A stretch of DNA of 64,000 nt, taken from assembly GCA_942492885.1 (NCBI GenBank), contig OW818651.1, positions 1,346,959 through 1,410,958 of the forward strand, in the 5' to 3' direction. The notes beneath the pieces were generated by a model. It made no database searches. It was given only the letters and a program-made list of their open reading frames with translations, and was not told where the DNA came from. Made by a program: the position numbers and the translations under genes. This DNA is from an uncultured Eubacteriales bacterium (GTDB lineage Bacteria; Bacillota; Clostridia; Christensenellales; CAG-138). This document shows positions 38,154-46,433 of this stretch, in pieces (position 1 is the first letter of the stretch; every line of letters begins with the position of its first letter).

Positions 38154-38182
38154 AGTATAGGGTGCAATTCTGGTTACGTCAA
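38154..38182 (-). promoter_or_regulatory. Sigma70-type promoter driving the riboswitch
   Basis: Minus strand TTGACG (38182-38177), 17-nt spacer, TATACT (38159-38154). Confidence 0.55.
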
Positions 38183-38323
38183 TTTCTATTCGGGTGTATA
38201 CAAAATCTTCTTCTAATCAAAAGATTAATTTCTTAATTTTGCGCAGCGATATTCCAGAACTTCTCATTTTTATCAGATTGTGATACCATATCATCGGGAT
38301 CAAAATGGGAGAAATTTAGACAC

Positions 38324-39919
38324 ATGAAAACACTGCTGCAACACGGCCGTATCTATGATGGAACGGGTGCGGATGCGTTTATCGGCGATATCCTCATCGA
38401 AGACGACACAATTTTAGCCGTCGGTCAAGATCTCGCCTGCGAGGATGCAAGCGTCGTCGACCTATCCGGCAAGAGCATCAGCTCCGGCTTTTTTGACGCA
38501 CATTCGCACAACGACTGGTTCGCGGCGAAAAAAGACCCGCGCCCGTATTTTGAGCCGTTTGTGCGGCAGGGCATCACCTCGTTCATCACCGGCAACTGCG
38601 GGCTTTCCATGACCGGGTTTGCCGAAAGCAGCCCATTTATCGACAAGGTCGGCGCAGGGTTGTTTCACATGGACGATCTCACGGGCGTTTACCCCGACGT
38701 CAATGCGCTGTTTGCCGCCATCGACGGCAACACGCCGCTGAATATCGCCTCGCTCACGGGGCACTGCACCGCGCGCGCAAGCGGCACGGGCTATAGCAGC
38801 CGCAATTTGAGTGAAGACGAACAGCAGCGCATGCTGGAGTTGCTCGAAGAAAATCTCAAGCAGGGCGCATGCGGCGTTTCGCTGGGGCTGATGTATGAGC
38901 CCGGCCTCTACGCGCCGAAAGAGGAGCTTAGGAAGGTTGCCGAGCTCTGCGCGCGCTACGACCGCCCGCTGACCGTGCACCCGCGCGCGTGCTCCGCCGT
39001 GTCCATGGCGTATCCGGAGCTTTTAGGCAGACCGCACCTGCTCCGCGCGCTGGACGAACTTGAGGAGATCACCCGCGGGCTCAACGTCAAGCTGCAATAT
39101 TCCCACGCGATCTTCGTGGGCACCAGTTCCTTCAAATGCAAGGATGAGCTGGTCGCAAACATCGAGCGCATGCGCAAAAACGGCGTGGACGCGATGTTTG
39201 ATATCTACGCAGAGCTGCTGGGCGTTTCGGTGATCACCGCCGTGATGCCGGTTTGGTATCAGGCGCTCAGCGCCGCTGACAAACGCAAGTTTTTCAATAA
39301 ATTCCGCTTCCGCGTGCTGGCCTATGCCACTATTCTGCTGTTGGGCTTTGGGTTTGACGACATTCAGGTCGCCTACATCGGCCCCGGCTATGAGGAATAC
39401 GAGGGCAAGACCGTGCACCAGATCGCAAAAGAGAAGCGCATGAATGAGCTTGACGCATACCTGATGCTCTGCGAACAGAGCGATTTTGCAGGCCGCGTCA
39501 ACATGGGCCCGTACAGCACGCCGTTGATCATCTCTGACCTCTCCCGCCATGAGAACGTTCTGTATATGACCGACGCGTGGGTGGAGGAAAACGGCGTACA
39601 AAACCCCGCGATCTATGATTGCTTCCCGAAATTTCTGCACCTTTCGCTCAACAAAAAGGGCGACACCATGCCGCGCACCATCCGCAAGATGACCGGCGCG
39701 GTGGCGGATCGTTTCTCGATCAAGAATCGCGGCTATGTCAAACCCGGTTGTTTTGCCGATTTGACCGTATTTGACGAAGACAAACTCAAAGACGGCGTGC
39801 CGGATCAATCCAAGGCGTTTGGCATCGAGCGCGTCTATGTCAACGGCAAACTCGTACTCAACGGCGACGCGCTGGATGAAACTGTGTTCCGCAGCGCCGG
39901 ACGCTGTATACGCGCATGA
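38324..39919 (+). CDS. Amidohydrolase family protein (N-acyl-D-amino-acid deacylase-like)
   Basis: 531 aa. N-terminal 'GRIYDGTG...ILIEDDTILAVG' beta-sandwich and metal motif 'GFFDAHSHNDW'. C-terminal 'ADLTVFD'. Confidence 0.82.
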   Translation: MKTLLQHGRIYDGTGADAFIGDILIEDDTILAVGQDLACEDASVVDLSGKSISSGFFDAHSHNDWFAAKKDPRPYFEPFVRQGITSFITGNCGLSMTGFAESSPFIDKVGAGLFHMDDLTGVYPDVNALFAAIDGNTPLNIASLTGHCTARASGTGYSSRNLSEDEQQRMLELLEENLKQGACGVSLGLMYEPGLYAPKEELRKVAELCARYDRPLTVHPRACSAVSMAYPELLGRPHLLRALDELEEITRGLNVKLQYSHAIFVGTSSFKCKDELVANIERMRKNGVDAMFDIYAELLGVSVITAVMPVWYQALSAADKRKFFNKFRFRVLAYATILLLGFGFDDIQVAYIGPGYEEYEGKTVHQIAKEKRMNELDAYLMLCEQSDFAGRVNMGPYSTPLIISDLSRHENVLYMTDAWVEENGVQNPAIYDCFPKFLHLSLNKKGDTMPRTIRKMTGAVADRFSIKNRGYVKPGCFADLTVFDEDKLKDGVPDQSKAFGIERVYVNGKLVLNGDALDETVFRSAGRCIRA

Positions 39920-39945
39920 ACGCCGGCATGACAAGCAACGATCAA

Positions 39946-40080
39946 GACCGTTTCTTTCGAAACTGTATCTTTCAAAATCGTTTCTTCCGGAATCGTTGCC
40001 TCTCGAATCGTTTCTTCCGGAATCGTTGCCTCTTGAATCGTTTCTTCCGGAATCGTTGCCTCTCAAATCGTTTCTTCGCG
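39946..40080. repeat. Tandem repeat array A (30-bp unit, 15-bp sub-period)
   Basis: aatcgtttcttccggaatcgttgcctc(tcg/ttg/tca) at 39976, 40006 and 40036, plus a half unit at 40066. Two degenerate 15-mers precede it (39946-39975). The array ends at the lysR RBS. Confidence 0.9.
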
Positions 40081-40094
40081 GAAAGGAGAAGCGC

Positions 40095-41027
40095 ATGAAC
40101 AACCTGTTGCAGCTCAAGTACGCCGTCGAGGTGGAAAAGACAGGCTCGATCAGCAAGGCTGCGGAAAACCTCTATATGAATCAGCCGAACCTGAGCAAGT
40201 CCATCCGCGAGCTGGAGGACGACATCGGCATCGCGATCTTTGACCGCACGGCAAAGGGCGTTGTGCCGACGGAAAAAGGGCGCGAATTCTTAGGCTATGC
40301 GCGCAGCATCCTCTCCCAGATTGCGGAGATGGAGGCGCTGTATAAACCCACAGACGACAAAAAAACGCGCTTTGACCTCTGCGCCCCGCGCGCGAGCTAT
40401 GTCTCTCAGGCGCTCACCGAGGTGATTCTTTCGCTGGGTCCAGACGCGGACTATAGCATCGACTACCGCGAGGCGGGCGCGATGCGCACGATCAAGCAGG
40501 TGGCAAACGGCGTCAACCAGCTTGGCGTGATTCGCTATCAGACTATCTATGAGACAAACTACCTCAGCGCGCTGGCGGAGCGTTCGCTCGTCAATGAGCC
40601 GGTCTGGGAGTTTGCGTGCGTCGCCATCGTCGGCAAACACCATGTCCTCGCGCAACAGCAGCAGATCTCCAACCGCGACCTTGCCGCCTGCACCGAGGTG
40701 CTCTATGGAGACGCTTCTATCCCCGCCCTGCCTGTCAATCAGGCACGCGAACTCGCGCAGGCGATTGAGGCCAAGAACACCATCACCGTCTACGAGCGCG
40801 CAAGCCAGCTGGAGCTCATCAGCCGCCTGGACACCGCCTACGCGGTCTCGTCCCCCACCCCGCAGGACGTTCTGGATCGCTTCGGCCTCGTGCAACGCAA
40901 GGTCGATTTCCCCGGCAACATCTACCGCGATGTGCTGATCTATCGCGCGGGCTATCACCTCACAAGGCTGGATCGGTTGTTGTTTGAGAAACTCCGCGAG
41001 TCCGCCCAAAGGGTCATTCAGGAATAA
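40095..41027 (+). CDS. LysR family transcriptional regulator
   Basis: ATG 40095 after GAAAGGAGAAGCGC. HTH 'LLQLKYAVEVEKTGSISKAAENLYMNQPNLSKSIRELE'. The listed 418-aa ORF is an extension through the repeat array. Confidence 0.9.
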   Translation: MNNLLQLKYAVEVEKTGSISKAAENLYMNQPNLSKSIRELEDDIGIAIFDRTAKGVVPTEKGREFLGYARSILSQIAEMEALYKPTDDKKTRFDLCAPRASYVSQALTEVILSLGPDADYSIDYREAGAMRTIKQVANGVNQLGVIRYQTIYETNYLSALAERSLVNEPVWEFACVAIVGKHHVLAQQQQISNRDLAACTEVLYGDASIPALPVNQARELAQAIEAKNTITVYERASQLELISRLDTAYAVSSPTPQDVLDRFGLVQRKVDFPGNIYRDVLIYRAGYHLTRLDRLLFEKLRESAQRVIQE

Positions 41028-41035
41028 CGCATGCA

Positions 41036-41066
41036 CAGCGCCCGGCTTATGCCGGGTGCTTTTTTC
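41036..41066 (+). terminator. Rho-independent terminator after lysR
   Basis: agcgcccggc-ttat-gccgggtgct (one G-U pair) followed by ttttt. Confidence 0.65.
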
Positions 41067-41424
41067 TGCGGTTCACAAAGGGTTTGGCTTGCGGTTACAG
41101 ACGTAAAACAGCCCCAATGTTATACTCGCAGCAGAAGATGTTATGAATAGATATTTATATATCGATATTCATATACTGATATTCCGATCTGCTATCTTCT
41201 GCGATGGAACATCCTATCGTATTCTATAGACAGAAAGAAAGCAGCCGGCGATCCTCAAGTGCCAGTTTCGGACGACAGGCAGGTCGCCAAAGTGGAAAAC
41301 CCGCCGGGAAATGCCCTTTCCTCCAAACAGATGGTTTCCTGCATTGCATGAACTCATCCACACGGAGAAGCCCAAAGCGAAGAATCGTTCATTCGTGATC
41401 GACTCCGCAGCAGGGAAACCAACC

Positions 41425-41723
41425 GATCGTGATCGCTTCGGCGGCAGGCAGGCCGCGACAAGGCGTAACGAACGAAACCCTCGCAAGATCGTTATTGCTT
41501 CCGCGACGGGCAGGCCGCGACAAAGCGTAACGAACGAAAACCTCGTAAGATCGTTTTCGCTTCGGCGGCGGGCAGGCCGCTATAAAGCGAAACGAGCAAA
41601 CCTCACCAGATCGTTATTGCTTCCGCGGCAGGCAGGCCGCGACAAAGCATAACGAAAAACCCCCAAGATCGTTACCGCTTCGGCGGCGGGCAGGCCGCTA
41701 TAAAGCGTAACGAAAACCCAAAC
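41425..41723. repeat. Tandem repeat array B (five units of 57-62 bp) upstream of adhE
   Basis: Units start at 41425, 41487, 41549, 41609 and 41667. Each begins GATCGT and contains GGCAGGCCGC and (T/A)AACGA. Degenerate copies are recognisable back to about 41248. Confidence 0.9.
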
Positions 41724-41809
41724 GATTAAACACAAAAGAACATCACTCAACAAAGCAACCGGAATAACCCGGTAGCACCCAGAGGAAGACAAGAGGAGAG
41801 ATGGAGATT

Positions 41810-44431
41810 ATGACGAACATCACTGAAAGAACACCCATTGACAGCGTTGAAGCCATGGAAGGCGCGTTTATCCGCCTCCGCGAAGCGCAGAAAAAATTTG
41901 CAACGTACACACAGGAGCAGGTGGATAAAATCTTCCTCGCCGCCGCAACCGCCGCCAACAAGGCACGCATTCCGCTGGCGAAGCTCGCCGTGGAAGAGAC
42001 CGGCATGGGCGTGGTTGAGGACAAGGTGATCAAGAACCACTACGCTTCCGAATATATTTATAACGCATATCGCGACACGAAGACTTGCGGCGTCATCGAA
42101 GAGGACAAAGCCTATGGCATCACGCGTATCGCGGAACCGCTCGGCGTCATCACCGCGGTGATCCCGACCACGAACCCGACCTCGACCGCGATCTTCAAGA
42201 CCCTGATTGCGCTCAAAACCCGCAACGGCATCCTCATCAGCCCACACCCCCGTGCAAAGCGCGCAACCATTGAAGCCGCGCGCGTCGTGCTCGAAGCCGC
42301 AGTTGCGGCGGGAGCCCCGGAAGGCATCATTGACTGGGTGGATGTGCCGAGTCTGGATTTGACCAACCTCGCCATGAAGGAAGCCGACTGCATCCTCGCC
42401 ACCGGCGGACCCGGCATGGTCAAGAGTGCGTATAGCAGCGGCAAACCCGCCATCGGCGTTGGCAGCGGCAACGTGCCCGCCATCATCGACGACACGGCAG
42501 ACATCCTCTCCGCGGTGAGCTCGATCATACTGAGCAAAACGTTTGACAACGGCATGATCTGCGCGAGTGAACAGGCGGTCATCGTGGTCGATTCCGTCTA
42601 CAACAAGGTGAAAAAAGAGTTTGCCGACCGCGGCTGCTACATTCTCAAACCCGACGAAACCGAAAAGGTGCGCAAAACCATCCTCATCAACGGCGCGCTG
42701 AACGCAAAGATCGTGGGTCAGAGTGCCTACACCATCGCAAAGCTTGCGGGCGTCACCGTGCCGGAGAAGACGAAAATCCTCATCGGCGAAGTCGAGAGCC
42801 TGGAGCTTTCCGAAGAGTTTGCGCATGAAAAGCTCTCCCCCGTGCTCGCGATGTATCGCGCCAAGGACTTTGAAGACGCACTGCTGAAAGCGGAGCGGCT
42901 GATTGCGGACGGCGGCTACGGCCACACCGCAAGCGTCTATATCAACTCCGTAACGCAGAAGGACAAGCTCGCGGCCTACAACAAACGGATGAAGACCTGC
43001 CGCATTCTTGTGAATACCCCGTCCGCGCACGGCGGCATCGGAGATCTGTATAACTTCAAACTCGCGCCCTCCCTTACGCTCGGCTGCGGCAGCTGGGGCG
43101 GAAACTCGGTTTCCGAAAACGTCGGCGTCAAGCACCTGCTCAACATCAAGACCGTTGCCGAGAGGAGAGAGAATATGCTCTGGTTCCGCACCCCGGATAA
43201 AATCTACTTCAAGAAGGGCAGCCTCCCGGTTGCGCTCGGCGAACTCAAGGACACGCTCGGAAAGAAGCGCGCGTTCATCGTCACCGACACGTTCCTCTAT
43301 GAAAACGGCTACACCCGCGTGGTGACGGATAAGCTCGACGAAATGGGTTTGGCTCACGAGACGTTCTTCAACGTCCTGCCCGATCCGACCCTGGCCAGCG
43401 CCCGCGAAGGCGCAAAGCAGATGGCTACCTTCAAGCCGGACGTGATCATCGCCCTCGGCGGCGGCTCCGCGATGGACGCGGCAAAGATCATGTGGGTGCT
43501 GTATGAGCATCCCGAAGCGGACTTCATGGACATGGCGATGCGCTTTGCGGACATCCGCAAACGCGTCTACACCTTCCCCAAGATGGGCGAAAAAGCGTAC
43601 TTTATCGCGATTCCGACCACCGCGGGTACCGGCAGCGAGGTCACCCCGTTTGCGGTCATCACGGATGAATCGACGGGCGTTAAATACCCGCTGGCGGACT
43701 ACGAGCTCATGCCGGACATGGCAATTGTCGACGCGGACATGATGATGAACGCGCCAAAGGGCCTCACGGCGGCCAGCGGCATCGACGCGGTAACGCATAA
43801 CCTCGAAGCGTACGCCAGCATGCTCGCCACGGATTATACCGACGGCCTCGTGCTTCGCTCCCTCAAGATGATCTTCGAGTATCTCCCCCGCGCCTATGAA
43901 GACGGAGCCAACGACCCCATCGCCCGCGAAAAGATGGCCAATGCCGCAACCATGGCAGGCATGGCGTTTGCCAACGCGTTCCTCGGCGTCTGCCACAGCA
44001 TGGCGCATAAGCTAGGCGCGTTCCACCACATTCCGCACGGTGTGGCAAACGCGCTGATGATCGACGAGGTCATCCGCTTCAACGCCACGGACGTTCCGGT
44101 CAAGATGGGTGCATTCTCGCAGTATGACCACCCGCACGCTCTCGAGCGCTATGTGGAAGTCGCCGACTCTCTCGGCCTCAAAGGCAAGACGGACGAAGAC
44201 AAGGTCGAATCCCTGATCACGGCGCTGGATGCGCTCAAGGAGCGCGTCGGCATCAAGAAGACCATCCGCGACTATGGCATCAAAGAAGAGGACTTCCTCT
44301 CCCGTCTCGACGAGATGGTCGAGCAGGCGTTTGACGACCAGTGCACCGGCGCAAACCCGCGCTATCCGCTCATGAGCGAACTCAAGCAAATGTACCTCAA
44401 CGCCTTCTATGGCACGAGCGTACGCGTCTAA
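41810..44431 (+). CDS. adhE: Bifunctional acetaldehyde-CoA/alcohol dehydrogenase
   Basis: About 873 aa. N-terminal ALDH domain ('GMICASEQAVIV') fused to an iron-ADH domain ('GGGSAMDAAK', 'CHSMAHKLG'). ATG 41810 has better RBS spacing than ATG 41801. Confidence 0.93.
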   Translation: MTNITERTPIDSVEAMEGAFIRLREAQKKFATYTQEQVDKIFLAAATAANKARIPLAKLAVEETGMGVVEDKVIKNHYASEYIYNAYRDTKTCGVIEEDKAYGITRIAEPLGVITAVIPTTNPTSTAIFKTLIALKTRNGILISPHPRAKRATIEAARVVLEAAVAAGAPEGIIDWVDVPSLDLTNLAMKEADCILATGGPGMVKSAYSSGKPAIGVGSGNVPAIIDDTADILSAVSSIILSKTFDNGMICASEQAVIVVDSVYNKVKKEFADRGCYILKPDETEKVRKTILINGALNAKIVGQSAYTIAKLAGVTVPEKTKILIGEVESLELSEEFAHEKLSPVLAMYRAKDFEDALLKAERLIADGGYGHTASVYINSVTQKDKLAAYNKRMKTCRILVNTPSAHGGIGDLYNFKLAPSLTLGCGSWGGNSVSENVGVKHLLNIKTVAERRENMLWFRTPDKIYFKKGSLPVALGELKDTLGKKRAFIVTDTFLYENGYTRVVTDKLDEMGLAHETFFNVLPDPTLASAREGAKQMATFKPDVIIALGGGSAMDAAKIMWVLYEHPEADFMDMAMRFADIRKRVYTFPKMGEKAYFIAIPTTAGTGSEVTPFAVITDESTGVKYPLADYELMPDMAIVDADMMMNAPKGLTAASGIDAVTHNLEAYASMLATDYTDGLVLRSLKMIFEYLPRAYEDGANDPIAREKMANAATMAGMAFANAFLGVCHSMAHKLGAFHHIPHGVANALMIDEVIRFNATDVPVKMGAFSQYDHPHALERYVEVADSLGLKGKTDEDKVESLITALDALKERVGIKKTIRDYGIKEEDFLSRLDEMVEQAFDDQCTGANPRYPLMSELKQMYLNAFYGTSVRV

Positions 44432-44475
44432 ACTATAAATTGAGACGACCAAAACCGTCTCCACTCTGATAAAAT

Positions 44476-44521
44476 GGTGTCAGGCAGGAATTAAAAACTT
44501 GCCTGACACCAAGCCGTTTTT
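44476..44521 (+). terminator. Stem-loop terminator after adhE
   Basis: 11-bp stem ggtgtcaggca/tgcctgacacc (44476-44486 / 44500-44510), then aagccgttttt. Confidence 0.55.
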
Positions 44522-44559
44522 CACAAACCCCAACTCTAACGCAGAAAAAGGAGAACGCC

Positions 44560-45312
44560 ATGGATTTGTCAAATGTAATCGCGTTTCGCTCGAACAAAAC
44601 GATCTATCATGACGGCGACACCATCATCAAGGTGTTCGGCGAAGGATTCAAGAAGGCGGACGTACTCAACGAGGCGCTCAACCACGCGCGCGTCGAGGAA
44701 ACCGCGCTCAACGTGCCCAAGCTCTACGGCGTCGGCATGACCCCGGACTGCAAATGGTACATCATGACCGAATACATCCCCGGCCAGACATTAGCCGAGC
44801 TGATGGCGCAGAATCCGAAGAAGCACGCGCAGTATCTTGAGCAGTTTGTCGATCTACAGCTCATGATGCACCGCCAGATTTGCCCGCTGCTGCCGCGGCT
44901 GAGGGACAAGATGGATCGCAAGATCATCCAGACCGAGCTGCCGACGGCGACGAAATATGACCTGCACACGCGGCTAGAGTCCATGCCGCGCCACAACAAG
45001 CTCTGCCACGGGGACTTTAACCCGACGAATATCATCATCCGCGATGACGGCACGCCGTTTATCCTCGACTGGTCGCACGCGACGCAGGGCAACGCCAGCG
45101 CGGACGCAGCGCGCACCTATCTGCTCTTTGCCCTCACAGGCGACGAGAAGACGGCGGAAAGCTACCTCAAGCTCTTCTGCGAAAAGAGCGAGACGCCGCG
45201 CCAGTATGTGCAAAAATGGATTCCCATCGTCGCCGCCAGCCAGTCCGTCAAGGGCAAGCCGGAGGAGCGGGAACTCTTGTTCCGCTGGGTAGACGTGGTG
45301 GACTACGAATAA
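44560..45312 (+). CDS. Aminoglycoside/choline-kinase-type phosphotransferase family protein
   Basis: 250 aa. Catalytic loop 'LCHGDFNPTNIII' and 'ILDWSHA'. AAAGGAGAACGCC RBS. Confidence 0.8.
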   Translation: MDLSNVIAFRSNKTIYHDGDTIIKVFGEGFKKADVLNEALNHARVEETALNVPKLYGVGMTPDCKWYIMTEYIPGQTLAELMAQNPKKHAQYLEQFVDLQLMMHRQICPLLPRLRDKMDRKIIQTELPTATKYDLHTRLESMPRHNKLCHGDFNPTNIIIRDDGTPFILDWSHATQGNASADAARTYLLFALTGDEKTAESYLKLFCEKSETPRQYVQKWIPIVAASQSVKGKPEERELLFRWVDVVDYE

Positions 45313-45414
45313 CAAAATTTCTCTTTTTCCGATTGCGCTTTGAATTAATTCGCAGTATCCTATCGTAGAACTGCGCGAATCGTGCAAGAATGCTTTTTCC
45401 GAAAGGGTCACACT

Positions 45415-45810
45415 ATGAGTGAGCTATCCCGCGGCGTGCGCGGCACGCAAGAGGAACTCGTCACCGAACAGAATATCGCGAGCGCCTTGGGCAGCGGCGG
45501 TCTTGCCGTCTACGCCACACCCTGCATGATCACGTTGATGGAATATTGCGCGATGGAGAGCGTCAAGCCGTATTTGCCGCAGGGCAGCTCCACGGTCGGC
45601 ACGCGCCTTGACGTCAAGCACCTCGCAGCAACACCGATGGGCATGACGGTGCGCTGCGAAACCGAGCTCATCGAGGTCGACCGCAGGCGGCTCGTCTTCC
45701 TCTGCCGCGCCTATGATGACGCAGGATTGATCGGCGAAGGTACACAGGAGCGTTTCATCGTCGACAACGAGAAGTTTATGGAGAAGACGCAAGCGAAATT
45801 GGTTAAATAA
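45415..45810 (+). CDS. Hot-dog fold thioesterase (FlK-like family)
   Basis: Trimmed to ATG 45415. About 131 aa. 'LAVYATPCMITLMEYCAMESV...TVGTRLDVKHLAATPMG' resembles the FlK/thioesterase superfamily. Confidence 0.7.
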   Translation: MSELSRGVRGTQEELVTEQNIASALGSGGLAVYATPCMITLMEYCAMESVKPYLPQGSSTVGTRLDVKHLAATPMGMTVRCETELIEVDRRRLVFLCRAYDDAGLIGEGTQERFIVDNEKFMEKTQAKLVK

Positions 45811-45824
45811 CGCGAGAAACACAA

Positions 45825-45857
45825 CAGCCCCGCGGCAACCGCCGCGGGGCTGTTTTC
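45825..45857. terminator. Rho-independent terminator
   Basis: 12-bp perfect stem cagccccgcggc/gccgcggggctg, loop aacc, then tttt. Confidence 0.7.
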
Positions 45858-45902
45858 ACGCGCGATTGCAGCGTAGCCTTTTCGCGCTGAGAATGCATCC
45901 GA

Positions 45903-46256
45903 CTATCGCTCCGGTTCATCGTAGCCGCCATATGCCCCGCGCCAGCCGTCGGCAACGCGGAAAAACGCGTCATATCCGTTCGCGCGGATGTACGCCGTCG
46001 CCTGCTTGTACTTTTTATATTTATAGCTCTCGTGCCCGTAAAACGCCGCGAGGGGTTCGCAGGTGGTATATTCCGCGCAGTCCGCACAGCTCACCAAGCC
46101 CCGCTTGACGCAGCAGACCTTCATGGCGCATTTCGCCTTTGCGATGTCCCGTTCCCCCGTGTCATAACCAACCTTGCAGCCTTTGCAAAGCTGCTGAAGA
46201 TAGACCTTGCAGGTTTGGCAATAAGCCCCGCAGCACCCGAGTAATTCCTTTGACAC
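45903..46256 (-). CDS. Cys-rich DUF3795-like protein
   Basis: 117 aa. 'CCGAYCQTCKVY', 'CKGCK' and 'CADCAEYTTC' pattern. GTG start 7 nt after AAAGGAGGG. Confidence 0.72.
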   Translation of the reverse strand: MSKELLGCCGAYCQTCKVYLQQLCKGCKVGYDTGERDIAKAKCAMKVCCVKRGLVSCADCAEYTTCEPLAAFYGHESYKYKKYKQATAYIRANGYDAFFRVADGWRGAYGGYDEPER

Positions 46257-46316
46257 GCGAAATCCCTCCTTTGATCAGTTCATTAGCTAAAAATCCATTG
46301 CGGCTGTATACACAAA

Positions 46317-46345
46317 TTGACAGTTGTTGCCTATCGCGATAAAAT
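46317..46345 (+). promoter_or_regulatory. Near-consensus sigma70 promoter
   Basis: TTGACA (46317-46322), 17-nt spacer, TAAAAT (46340-46345). Confidence 0.55.
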
Positions 46346-46433
46346 GAACGCAGTCCTTTCTTAGTTCCATCTAATTTCTATTCAAATGCAGCTTTACACG
46401 AATAGTCAAATAAAACAGGGAGGTACTTGTTCT

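Noticed and set aside
41070-41090. Rex (redox repressor) operator upstream of adhE.
   Set aside because: Only a single TTCACAA half-site (ggTTCACAAagg) is present, without the inverted partner. This is insufficient to call.
41311-41652. ORFs reading through the repeats (41311-41652, 41204-41398, 39916-40098, the 5' part of 39771-41027, and 39023-40156) as repeat-containing proteins.
   Set aside because: No RBS is present. Array B unit lengths (62/62/60/58/57) break any reading frame between copies. The translations are Arg/Ser-rich. The true LysR start with an RBS is at 40095.
39946-41725. Possibility that the tandem repeat arrays are CRISPR arrays.
   Set aside because: The units are contiguous and the whole unit is conserved, so there are no unique spacers. 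Array A has a 30-bp period with no spacer at all. No cas genes are present in the window.
41747-44008. 753-aa ORF antisense to adhE. Similar long antisense or out-of-frame ORFs are listed at 57706-60339, 54293-56071, 6759-8273, 16316-17584, 26226-27314, 18682-19683, 19593-20414, 8637-9431, 11986-12834, 47843-48826, 62512-63306, 36707-37789, 13241-14038, 40290-41036, 30019-30744, 30858-31757 and 33878-34621.
   Set aside because: Each lies opposite a gene with unmistakable family motifs. Their translations are Arg/Ala/Gly/His-rich low-complexity sequence with no recognisable domains and no RBS. Long stop-free antisense frames are expected in DNA of about 60% GC.
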